DNA from: an uncultured bacterium
GTDB taxonomy: Bacteria > Krumholzibacteriota > Krumholzibacteriia > WVZY01 > JAKEHA01
Direction: 5' to 3'
Length of the DNA stretch: 15,071 bases
Assembly: GCA_965372335.1 (NCBI GenBank)
Contig: CBDVBX010000074.1
Coordinates: 1 to 15,071, forward strand
A program made the position numbers and the translations under genes. The notes beneath the pieces are model-generated. The model was not told where the DNA came from, did no database searches, and worked only from the letters and a program-made list of their open reading frames with translations. This document shows positions 1 through 9,879 of this stretch, piece after piece; within the stretch, counting starts at the first letter, position 1; every line of letters starts with the position of its first letter.

Positions 1-257
1 TCTTCGATTGATTCGGTGAGGAGGATGGCGACGTTGTTTTCGACTTTGAGAATGCCCGGACCGATGGCGTAGAACACCTCGCGGTCGCCGTCGAAGCGAA
101 CCTTCAGATCGCCCGCGCGGAGCGTGGTGATGAGTGGGGCGTGGTTGGCGAGCACGCCCAGATAGCCGTCTTCACCAGGGGCAACGATCGACACCACCGT
201 GTCGTCGAGCGCCCGCTGGTTCGGAGTCAAAACCTTGAAGTTGAATGTGGCTGCCAC
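1..257 (-). CDS. atpC: F1 ATP synthase epsilon subunit; N-terminal part in window, C-terminus runs past position 1
   Basis: Minus-strand translation from GTG at 257..255 gives MAATFNFKVLTPNQRALDDTVVSIVAPGEDGYLGVLANHAPLITTLRAGDLKVRFDGDREVFYAIGPGILKVENN, typical of the epsilon N-terminal beta-sandwich. GGAGG lies 6 nt upstream of the GTG (complement of 264-268). It sits directly downstream of atpD in the canonical position. Confidence 0.85.
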   Translation of the reverse strand, partial: MAATFNFKVLTPNQRALDDTVVSIVAPGEDGYLGVLANHAPLITTLRAGDLKVRFDGDREVFYAIGPGILKVENNVAILLTESIE

Positions 258-278
258 TGGAATCCTCCCGTTCGGCCG

Positions 279-1718
<1,440 letters not shown>

Positions 1719-2624
1719 CTATTTCAGGGCTTCCGCGCCGCCGACAATCTCGGCGAGCTGCTTGGTAATGGTCGCCTGTCGCAGGCGGTTTCTCAGGATG
1801 ATCAAATCGTTCAGTTTTTCTTCCGCGTTCTCTGTTGCCTGCTGCATCGCCGCCATGCGGGCACCGTGCTCCGAGGCAAACGAATCGGCGAGCGCCGAAA
1901 AGATGGTAGTGGCGGCGTACAGTGGTATCAACGTCTCGAACACCTGATCACGACTCGGCTCCAAAATGAATACGTCGCCGCCTTCCGCCCCCTCGACGGG
2001 TGGGATCGGCAAGAACTGCTGGGTGGTCACGTCGGAAAGCGTCCCCTTGCGGAACTTCGCGTACACCAGAAAGACGGAATCCACTTCGCCGCTGACGTAC
2101 AGTTCCATCAGCCTGCCCGTGATCTCGCGCACCTCTTCGATCGCCAACTTGTCGCTGATACCCTCTTTGTAGTATTTGGGTTGGATCTTCACGCTGTTGA
2201 AGTACGTGCGGCCCTTTTTCCCAAGCGTAATCAGTTTTGTGCCAGGGTGGTCGTCCATGAACCGGTAAGCCGCGCGGGTCAGGTTGGCGTTGAATGCGCC
2301 ACACAGACCGCGATCACTGGTAATCACGACAACCGCGGGGCGTTCTGCTTTGGTCTCGCCGAAGAGTGACTCCCGAATCGTTTCCAGTTCTGGGTCGTCC
2401 TCGAAGAACGACATCGTCATCTGCGTCTCGCTGTCGGTGTCTCCCGTGAGCGCGGCCAGCGTGCCCAGGATGCCGTCCAATTCTTGCGAATAAGGACGCA
2501 CGGTCTGCGCGCGTTCCTGGGCTTTGGACAGCTTGGCCGAAGCGACCAGCTTCATGGCGTTGGTGACCTTCTTAATATTGGCGACGGATGTGATCCGTTC
2601 CTTGATATCCTGAAGTGTTGCCAT
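1719..2624 (-). CDS. atpG: F1 ATP synthase gamma subunit
   Basis: 301 aa, with an N-terminal coiled region (MATLQDIKERITSVANIKKVTNAMKLVASAKL) and a C-terminal helix (LNDLIILRNRLRQATITKQLAEIV) typical of gamma. Lies between atpA and atpD. Confidence 0.95.
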   Translation of the reverse strand: MATLQDIKERITSVANIKKVTNAMKLVASAKLSKAQERAQTVRPYSQELDGILGTLAALTGDTDSETQMTMSFFEDDPELETIRESLFGETKAERPAVVVITSDRGLCGAFNANLTRAAYRFMDDHPGTKLITLGKKGRTYFNSVKIQPKYYKEGISDKLAIEEVREITGRLMELYVSGEVDSVFLVYAKFRKGTLSDVTTQQFLPIPPVEGAEGGDVFILEPSRDQVFETLIPLYAATTIFSALADSFASEHGARMAAMQQATENAEEKLNDLIILRNRLRQATITKQLAEIVGGAEALK

Positions 2625-2633
2625 CTCGTTTCC

Positions 2634-4169
<1,536 letters not shown>

Positions 4170-4184
4170 CGTGTAACTCCCAGT

Positions 4185-4733
4185 TTAGTGCACCTTGACT
4201 TCGCTAAGCGATTTTTTTATTTTGTCCAGCTGGTGCCGGATGCTTCCGTCGATTATCTCGTCTTCTATGATTATGATCATTCCGCCAACAATTTCTGCGT
4301 CGACGGTCTTCGATAGGCGAATCGTTTTGCCCGTCTCGAGTTCCAGCATTTCGACCGTTCGTTGTTCGAGATCGGCGTCGAGGGGGATCGCGGTGACAAC
4401 CTTAGCCTCGAGAATACCCTGTAATTGCTCGAACAGCTGGCGGTACGCGTCGGCAATTTCCAAGATATGTTTGAGCCGCTTTTTGTCGATCAACAGCAGA
4501 ATAAACTTCACGAAGAGCCCCGCCGAACGATCGCTGAGCACATCGACGACCAGCTGTTTCTTGGCTTCTTTGAGAATTTCGGGCGATTTGAGAAAACCCG
4601 TAAAGTCCCGGTTTTGAATAAGAAGATCGACGAAGCTCGTCATGTCGTCGTGGACCTGCTCGGTGACGTCCTGCTTGACCGCCGCGTCAAACAAGGCGAC
4701 GGCGTACCTCTTGGCTACCCCACTGAGGATCAT
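4185..4733 (-). CDS. atpH: F1 ATP synthase delta subunit (OSCP)
   Basis: 182 aa in the position between atpF and atpA. Delta/OSCP-like helical N-terminus (AKRYAVALFDAA) and the typical C-terminal domain. Confidence 0.9.
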   Translation of the reverse strand: MILSGVAKRYAVALFDAAVKQDVTEQVHDDMTSFVDLLIQNRDFTGFLKSPEILKEAKKQLVVDVLSDRSAGLFVKFILLLIDKKRLKHILEIADAYRQLFEQLQGILEAKVVTAIPLDADLEQRTVEMLELETGKTIRLSKTVDAEIVGGMIIIIEDEIIDGSIRHQLDKIKKSLSEVKVH

Positions 4734-5221
4734 TTACCGCCCCCGAGGTTCACTTCGCTGAGGAAATCACTGATCAATCGTCTGTGCTTGTCGTCGTCCA
4801 GCCGCTCTTTGATCAACTTCTCTGTTGTGGTGATAACCGCATTGACCATCTCGTCACGGAGCTGAACGTTTGCCTTGTTCACCTCGAGTTGAATGTCCTG
4901 CTCTGCTTTTTGCCGCATCACCACGGTTTCCTGACGGGCCTCATCTTTTATGTTATTGGACAATTCGCCGGCTTCCTTGCCGGCTTCCTGGATAACGGCG
5001 CGGCGTGTTTCCTCGATGTTCGACAGCTCTTTTTCGTAGTTGTTCTTGAGCTGCTCGACCTCCTCTTTGCCGCGGTCGATCTCTGCAAACTCGCCTTCGA
5101 TCATCTCGCGCCGTTTGTCGATGAATTCGAGCAGTTTTCCCCAGGCGTACTTCTTGAGCAACAGCAGGACAACAATGAATCCCACGGCCTGAGTTAGAAT
5201 GACTGGCCATTCGAGTTGCAT
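4730..5221 (-). CDS. atpF: Fo ATP synthase subunit b
   Basis: 163 aa with a single N-terminal TM helix followed by a long charged coiled-coil. Overlaps atpH by 4 nt (ATGA). AGGAG RBS 6 nt upstream. Confidence 0.9.
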   Translation of the reverse strand: MQLEWPVILTQAVGFIVVLLLLKKYAWGKLLEFIDKRREMIEGEFAEIDRGKEEVEQLKNNYEKELSNIEETRRAVIQEAGKEAGELSNNIKDEARQETVVMRQKAEQDIQLEVNKANVQLRDEMVNAVITTTEKLIKERLDDDKHRRLISDFLSEVNLGGGK

Positions 5222-5361
5222 TACAAACTCCTTGCCCGGTTACCCGCGCTTGTGCACGTACGTGACACCACCCTCCAGCGGGTGACGAACCGCAATACTC
5301 GCCGGAATGCCGACAACACGCTTACTGGTCGTGAGGGCACGCCGGAGTCGTCGATTTACGG
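5222..5361 (-). other. unusually long (about 140 nt) intercistronic spacer between atpE and atpF
   Basis: Untranslated gap inside the operon. It contains the perfect palindrome CACGTACGTG and ends in the atpF RBS. My hand base-numbering is uncertain by 1 nt in this stretch. Confidence 0.5.
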
Positions 5362-5595
5362 TTAGTGAATCTTGCCCATGAGCAAGAAGACCGTCACGAA
5401 CGCGTAGATCGTCAGAGCTTCGATGAGACCGGCGCCGATGATCATAGCAGTCTGGATCTTACCCGCGGCCTCCGGCTGGCGGCCTATGGCCTCCATTGCG
5501 GAGCTGATAGCACCTTTGAAACCGAGTCCGCTACCGATAGCAGCCAGTCCCAGGCCGATCGGAAGGGCGAATCCGAGAGCGGTTGAAGCATCCAT
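5362..5595 (-). CDS. atpE: Fo ATP synthase subunit c (proteolipid)
   Basis: 77-aa two-helix hairpin with the GRQPE loop and the conserved carboxylate in IIGAGLIEALTIYAF. Lacks the Gln and Ser of Na+-binding c-subunits, so it is probably H+-coupled. Confidence 0.93.
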   Translation of the reverse strand: MDASTALGFALPIGLGLAAIGSGLGFKGAISSAMEAIGRQPEAAGKIQTAMIIGAGLIEALTIYAFVTVFLLMGKIH

Positions 5596-5619
5596 TCGAT
5601 TTGCCTCCTTTGCAGGTGG

Positions 5620-6462
5620 TTAGTGAGCCCCTTCTTCCACTTGATCGTGGGGCAGCATGAGCAAGATGTAAATCGTGCTCAACAAAGTAAACACAAGCGC
5701 CTGAATGAAACTGGTCAGGAACGCCAGAAAAATAAACGGAACCTGGAACGGAATGCCGATCGGCGAATGCATGAATGCCAGAGCGGCGACTCCGAGACTG
5801 GTGAACGCGTACAGCAGGACGTCTTCACCGGTGACATTGCCAAAAAGTCGCAGCGACAGACTCACCGGACGGGCGATCTCGCCCAGGAGGTGAACTGGCA
5901 GCATGATGGGAACAAACGCCCATTCGACCGCTGATTTCGGCGACCCCATGAGATGCATGACGTAACCCAGAGCGCCGTTTCTGCGAATACCGATGTAGTG
6001 AACGTAGAAGAACACGCACAGCGCGAGCGACACGGTGGTGTTGGCGCTGGCGGTGGGCGATTTGCTCAGCGGTAATGTGCCGCTTAGGTTCATGCAAAGG
6101 ATATAAAAGAACAACGTCCCAAGAAACGGTACGTACGCCTTGCCTTGAGGACCGATCACGCCGATCAGAAAGTTGGTGATGCCTTCGACGGCCATCTCGA
6201 CGACGCTCTGCAGACGGCCAGGGATCATCGTCGCATTCTTCGTGACGTATTGCACGAGAACGATGAGGAACGCCGCAATGAGATAGGCAAACGCCATACC
6301 CTCCCATTGGTGGAGGAAGTGCACCACGACGTTTTCGTGAAAGTAGTAGTTGAGAACGGTGATCCAGTTGGGCAGTTCGGGTACGCCCTCGCTGCTGGCG
6401 AACGGGCCTACAAAGCCACTCGATCCGTTAAACAGGCCGGATATTGACTCGATCAGGTTCAT
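5620..6462 (-). CDS. atpB: Fo ATP synthase subunit a
   Basis: 280-aa polytopic membrane protein with the conserved Arg-containing helix (LSLRLFGNVTGE). Confidence 0.93.
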   Translation of the reverse strand: MNLIESISGLFNGSSGFVGPFASSEGVPELPNWITVLNYYFHENVVVHFLHQWEGMAFAYLIAAFLIVLVQYVTKNATMIPGRLQSVVEMAVEGITNFLIGVIGPQGKAYVPFLGTLFFYILCMNLSGTLPLSKSPTASANTTVSLALCVFFYVHYIGIRRNGALGYVMHLMGSPKSAVEWAFVPIMLPVHLLGEIARPVSLSLRLFGNVTGEDVLLYAFTSLGVAALAFMHSPIGIPFQVPFIFLAFLTSFIQALVFTLLSTIYILLMLPHDQVEEGAH

Positions 6463-6890
6463 GCTTGCGATGGTTTCCCTTCCGAGCGTGCCGCAGAATC
6501 ACCGCCGGTTGAGCGCCCGGTTTCATCCAGCTTGAGGTAGTGGCGACCCAAACCCTTCATCAACAACACGAAGAACGGCCAGGTAAAGCCGGCGACCAAA
6601 CCGGCCACCGACAGATAACCGTTCCAAAGCAGAAGGAAACCGACGCCGTACAGCACCGGATACTTGATGAACATCGTGACGACGATCCCGAGGACATTCC
6701 GTTCCTCAGTCGTGATGGTTTTTTTTACCAGCGAACCGATGAAGTGCAGGTTGACCAACGACCACGCGATACCCGCCGCCAGCCCGCCGCCGACAGAAAT
6801 CCCCCAGTACGTCGAAACGACGATCGCCACAGGGACACCGATTACGATAGAAGTTTTTCGTACCCGGTTCTGTAAACTGACATCCATCAT
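6459..6890 (-). CDS. atpI: ATP synthase protein I (AtpI-like small membrane protein)
   Basis: 143-aa hydrophobic protein immediately upstream of atpB, overlapping it by 4 nt. Position and topology match the AtpI family. Contains an A8 run that encodes KK. Confidence 0.7.
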   Translation of the reverse strand: MMDVSLQNRVRKTSIVIGVPVAIVVSTYWGISVGGGLAAGIAWSLVNLHFIGSLVKKTITTEERNVLGIVVTMFIKYPVLYGVGFLLLWNGYLSVAGLVAGFTWPFFVLLMKGLGRHYLKLDETGRSTGGDSAARSEGKPSQA

Positions 6891-7174
6891 CGATCCGGTT
6901 TTTTGTCGCCGTTTTTGGTGTTGTTATTTCTTTTGTCGCTACTAAGATCCTGATTGGCTTTCTTAATAACGCTCGCCACTTCGCGGATACCCGCGATAAA
7001 TCCAAGTACCACAAACACGATCGTAAAAGCGGGGGCCGTTCCGGCCTTTTCGTCTAGCCACTTACCGATGAAAACGCCGGCGATTGGCGGGACGGCCAGC
7101 AAGAAGGGGATCGTGGCCAGCAATCCGGACTGCCGCACCCAGTGATAACGCTCGTCGTTGTTTTTTTGGTTCAA
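6887..7174 (-). CDS. atpZ: AtpZ/AtpI-family small membrane protein, first gene of the atp operon
   Basis: 95 aa with two predicted TM helices (LLATIPFLLAVPPIAGVFIGKWLD...PAFTIVFVVLGFIAG) resembling the AtpZ (ATPase_gene1) family. 4-nt overlap with atpI. TTG start; there is no in-frame ATG between it and the upstream stop at 7202-7204. Confidence 0.65.
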   Translation of the reverse strand: MNQKNNDERYHWVRQSGLLATIPFLLAVPPIAGVFIGKWLDEKAGTAPAFTIVFVVLGFIAGIREVASVIKKANQDLSSDKRNNNTKNGDKKPDR

Positions 7175-7265
7175 AGAAGCGATTAAGTGAAGCGAAACGC
7201 TTCAATATGCTTACATACTTTGCTCAAAACTCCCGCACACTGCGCGAGCTATGTTAGATCGGGCT

Positions 7266-7294
7266 ACTGTACGTGAAATTATTCGCGAAATCAA
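7266..7294 (-). promoter_or_regulatory. candidate sigma70-type promoter for the atp operon (TTGATT-17 nt-TACAGT on the minus strand)
   Basis: Best -35/-10 pair I could find reading the minus strand upstream of atpZ, matching consensus at 4/6 and 4/6 with a 17-nt spacer. Weak and unverified. Confidence 0.25.
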
Positions 7295-7428
7295 CTGAAA
7301 TCACTCTATGTGAAACTACTATTGAATTCAAGCCTCGATCGCCCCGCCAACCCCCCACGGTGCCTACGGCCAAATCTCGTAACCGGATAATTTCTCGGGC
7401 CTTATCCTGATGGGACTCGCACGCTCGG

Positions 7429-7457
7429 TTGCCAGTTTGCCGGACTACTGGTACAAT
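7429..7457 (+). promoter_or_regulatory. sigma70-type promoter with extended -10: TTGCCA (7429-7434), 17-nt spacer, TGg TACAAT (7449-7457)
   Basis: Read directly from the sequence: -35 matches 5/6, spacer is 17 nt, an extended TG is present, and the -10 matches 5/6. Predicted TSS about 7464, upstream of the SD at 7485-7490 and the HMA gene. Confidence 0.6.
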
Positions 7458-7479
7458 GTCACGTACTCCCATTTGTACC
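7450..7479. promoter_or_regulatory. candidate operator: inverted repeat GGTACAA-N16-TTGTACC with three GTAC cores at 11-12 bp spacing, overlapping the -10 and the predicted TSS
   Basis: Perfect 7-bp arms at 7450-7456 and 7473-7479. A central GTAC (7463-7466) sits exactly on the dyad axis. This position is classic for a repressor operator. Confidence 0.4.
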
Positions 7480-7484
7480 CCCTC

Positions 7485-7490
7485 AGGAGG
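7485..7490 (+). promoter_or_regulatory. Shine-Dalgarno AGGAGG for the HMA gene
   Basis: Perfect SD. It lies 9 nt before an in-frame CTG (7500) and 39 nt before the ATG at 7530. Confidence 0.6.
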
Positions 7491-7529
7491 TAAGGAAACC
7501 TGGCTCGTACCAACAAAAAGAGCGCGACG

Positions 7530-8120
7530 ATGGGTGGTTCACTGGCAGCGGCGGCTTGTTGGTGGGTACCGCTGGCCTTGATGCTGGTCACGGTCGCGAT
7601 CGCCGATCTGACGTCGTCTCCGCAGCTGCTTCGGCTATTGTTCGTCGCATCTGCCGCGGCGATGTTGATTGTTGGTTTTTACCTGGTGTACGTCTCCACG
7701 GCGAATCATCCCGCGCGTGGGCTGCGGCGGATTAATACCGCCATGATGTGGATAACGGCGGTCGGCGTGGCGGTGTTTGCCATCACCTCTGGCCCGGGCC
7801 CGTCTGGCCGGAAAGCTCCGGTTGTGAAAGCCGGGCCGGCGCCCGCAGAGCTCGCCCGCGCTCAACGCCTCACGATGACCGTCAAGGGAATGGTGTGTCA
7901 GGGGTGCGTCGAGACTATTACCGAAGCGCTCCTCGCCGTTCCTGGCGTTTTGGACGCGGACGTCGACCTGGAGGGCGCCAGAGCCGTCGTGTCGCTGGAC
8001 CCCGATCGCACACCGGCCGACTCGGCCCTGGTGAATACGGTGGTGCGTGCGGGCTACAACGCGTGGCCGGAGCGAGATGGCAAAGAAACCGCGACCGACA
8101 CGAAAGAAGACGACACATGA
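7530..8120 (+). CDS. membrane-anchored heavy-metal-associated (HMA) domain protein: three N-terminal TM helices plus a C-terminal HMA domain
   Basis: 196 aa. Residues 10-90 form three hydrophobic helices. A Pro/Ala-rich linker follows. The HMA fold carries the metal-binding motif MTVKGMVCQGC (Cys codons near 7896 and 7905), followed by an acidic tail. The start may instead be the in-frame CTG at 7500. Confidence 0.8.
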   Translation: MGGSLAAAACWWVPLALMLVTVAIADLTSSPQLLRLLFVASAAAMLIVGFYLVYVSTANHPARGLRRINTAMMWITAVGVAVFAITSGPGPSGRKAPVVKAGPAPAELARAQRLTMTVKGMVCQGCVETITEALLAVPGVLDADVDLEGARAVVSLDPDRTPADSALVNTVVRAGYNAWPERDGKETATDTKEDDT

Positions 8121-8575
8121 GCGAAACAAACTGGAGACTCAGGACCGCACTGCAGGCGGATTTCGGAACGGTCGCCCAAATGCTGGCCGAGGCCGATTTG
8201 CCCGGCGAGGGTATGGAGGGACAATTCGGTAACTCCTTCGTGGTTGCCGAACACGAGGGCGATATCGTCGGCGCCGGCGGGGTTGAGGTGTACGGCCTCT
8301 ACGGGCTCTTGAGGTCGGTCGTCGTGGATCCGGCGTTTCGTGGCAAGGGGCTGGGCGAGGCGATTGTGTCCGACCGCCTGCGCTGGTCCGCCCGGCAAGG
8401 GCTAAGAGCGGTCTATCTTCTGACCACCACCGTTCCGGAGTTTTTCGAAAAAATAGGCTTTACCGAAATGAGCCGCGCAGAGGTGCCGACAGAGATTCAG
8501 GGGTCGAAGGAGTATTCTGAAATCTGCCCGGTCACGGCGACGGCAATGGTGGTACGGCTGGACCCGCTCTGCTAA
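8117..8575 (+). CDS. GNAT-family N-acetyltransferase, small ArsN2/ArgA-like type
   Basis: 152 aa starting at the ATG in the ATGA overlap with the HMA gene stop. Acetyl-CoA binding motif VVVDPAFRGKGLGEAIV. The C-terminal ...EYSEICPVTATAMVVRL resembles the Cys-Pro tail of ArsN2-type GNATs; the ArsN2 assignment is from memory. The 5' part of the 7748-8575 ORF is an out-of-frame overlap artefact. Confidence 0.75.
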   Translation: MSETNWRLRTALQADFGTVAQMLAEADLPGEGMEGQFGNSFVVAEHEGDIVGAGGVEVYGLYGLLRSVVVDPAFRGKGLGEAIVSDRLRWSARQGLRAVYLLTTTVPEFFEKIGFTEMSRAEVPTEIQGSKEYSEICPVTATAMVVRLDPLC

Positions 8576-8693
8576 CCGGGTGTCCGTCACGAGCCGCAAG
8601 ACTACCGGTGAATAAACCCGGCGGACGCTTGTAACATCTTCGTCTCCATAACGTAAATTGATGGTAACCCTCCAACAGTCCGAGGGAGACGAG

Positions 8694-8966
8694 ATGTTCG
8701 AAGTTCTATTCTTGTTTGGGATTGTGGTACTCGGGATAGTCTTGCTGGCGGGTGTCCTCAATCTGCTGGCAGCCCTGTTGCTGCTCCCGCTCAAACTCTT
8801 GTTTTGGACGGCTAAGGGGCTGATCGGCCTGTTGTTGTTGGTCCCGATGTTAGTCATCGGTGCCCTGGTGGTCGCCAACCTGTGCCCGATCATCCTGCTG
8901 TTTCTGCTGCTGCCCGTGTTTCTGGTGGCGGCCGGCGTCGTCCTGCTACTGAAGCTGATCTGCTAA
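8694..8966 (+). CDS. hypothetical Leu-rich small membrane protein (91 aa, about 3 TM helices)
   Basis: ATG at 8694 is preceded by GAGGGAG at a 5-nt spacing. The product is almost entirely hydrophobic (MFEVLFLFGIVVLGIVLLAGV...). The ORF track starts it earlier, at the TTG at 8658. I cannot recognise a family. Confidence 0.5.
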   Translation: MFEVLFLFGIVVLGIVLLAGVLNLLAALLLLPLKLLFWTAKGLIGLLLLVPMLVIGALVVANLCPIILLFLLLPVFLVAAGVVLLLKLIC

Positions 8967-8994
8967 ACACCTAGGCACCTTCCGCGTTTTACCT

Positions 8995-9879
8995 CTATCC
9001 GGCAGATCTCTTCGATAGGTACCTCTGGAGCGCGTCCCTCCATTCGGGAAACACGTTCGAGCCCGCCGTTTTCAACGCCGCATTTTCCAAGACCGAGTTG
9101 GCGGGCCTTTTGGCCGGAGCACCCCACTCCTTCGATGAAATCCCCTCGAGTGCAATTGGTGTTTTCGTCTGACAAAAGATCTCGGTGGCGAAATCGAACC
9201 ACGAACACTGCCCTTCGTTGGTGGCGTGGTAGACACCGTATTCCGGCGGTGTTTCGATCAAGCGGCGCACCTGGGCGGCTAAGTCCTCCGTAAACGTCGG
9301 TGTTAGCACCTCGTCACGAACGACTTTGAGTTCGTTTCTTTCCAGCGCCAGACGAAGCATCGTTTCCACGAAGTTGGTCCCCTTGCCCCAGCATTCGTGT
9401 GTGCCGTACAGGCCACTGGTGCGGATGATGTAGTGCTGCGGGCACACCTCCCCCACGAACCGCTCGCCGGCCAGCTTGGTCTTGCCGTACACGTTGAGCG
9501 GCCGCGGAACGTCTGATTCGACGTACGGCGAGTCCTTTTCACCGTCGAAGACGTAGTCGGTAGACACGTGGATCAAGCGTGCGTTGGTGGTGGCAGCGGC
9601 TTCGGCCACGTGCCGCGCTCCCTCGGCGTTGACTTCGAAAGCGGCTTTTTCCTGGGTTTCACACCTGTCTACGTGGGTCATCGCCGCGGAGTTGATCACC
9701 CAATCGGGAGAGGCGGCGGAGACGGCGTCACCAACGCGCGCGCGATCCACGACGTCGACGTCGGCGTACAATATGGGGACGACGTCGAAGTCGGACAACG
9801 CGATTTCCAGGTCGCGGCCCAGCTGTCCTTCGACGCCAAAGATGGCGATTTTCACTGGTCGAAAACTCCCAGATAACAT
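8995..9879 (-). CDS. rmlD: dTDP-4-dehydrorhamnose reductase
   Basis: RmlD-like Rossmann N-terminus (KIAIFGVEGQLGRDL) and overall RmlD-like sequence. ATG at 9879..9877 overlaps the upstream GT2 stop (TGATG). An alternative start is the TTG at 9882. Confidence 0.85.
   Translation of the reverse strand: MLSGSFRPVKIAIFGVEGQLGRDLEIALSDFDVVPILYADVDVVDRARVGDAVSAASPDWVINSAAMTHVDRCETQEKAAFEVNAEGARHVAEAAATTNARLIHVSTDYVFDGEKDSPYVESDVPRPLNVYGKTKLAGERFVGEVCPQHYIIRTSGLYGTHECWGKGTNFVETMLRLALERNELKVVRDEVLTPTFTEDLAAQVRRLIETPPEYGVYHATNEGQCSWFDFATEIFCQTKTPIALEGISSKEWGAPAKRPANSVLENAALKTAGSNVFPEWRDALQRYLSKRSAG

Larger units (their letters stand above)
7175..7529. promoter_or_regulatory. divergent intergenic control region between the atp operon and the HMA-GNAT operon
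   Basis: 355-bp AT-enriched non-coding stretch flanked by divergently oriented first genes. It contains the promoter elements listed separately. Confidence 0.7.

Noticed and set aside
5395-5405. Apparent 1-nt inconsistency between my hand translation and the ORF track near 5400, which would imply a frameshift in atpE.
   Set aside because: The ORF track gives an intact 77-aa c-subunit, so this is almost certainly my character-level misreading. The practical consequence is that hand-derived coordinates may be off by about 1 nt in places.
6719-6726. A8/T8 homopolymer in atpI (also A7 in atpZ at 7159-7165 and in the right-edge gene near 14955) as a possible phase-variation tract.
   Set aside because: These runs simply encode Lys-Lys in frame within conserved housekeeping and membrane genes. 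There is no reason to think slippage is exploited.
7254-7472. 72-aa minus-strand ORF inside the divergent intergenic region.
   Set aside because: It spans promoter elements, has no RBS and an atypical composition. It is most likely spurious.
7175-7529. tRNA or other structured RNA gene in the 355-bp intergenic region.
   Set aside because: No T-loop-like GTTCGA/GTTCAA motif or cloverleaf-compatible pairing was found. The region is better explained by divergent promoters.
7748-8116. 5' portion of the 275-aa ORF 7748..8575 (MDNGGRRGGV...).
   Set aside because: It overlaps the HMA gene in another frame and is Arg/Gly-rich junk. The real GNAT starts at the ATG at 8117, inside the ATGA overlap with the HMA stop.
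8576-8693. Possible terminator or small RNA between the GNAT gene and the small membrane ORF.
   Set aside because: The only inverted repeat is CCGGG / CCCGG with a 37-nt loop and no U-tract. There is no convincing structure.
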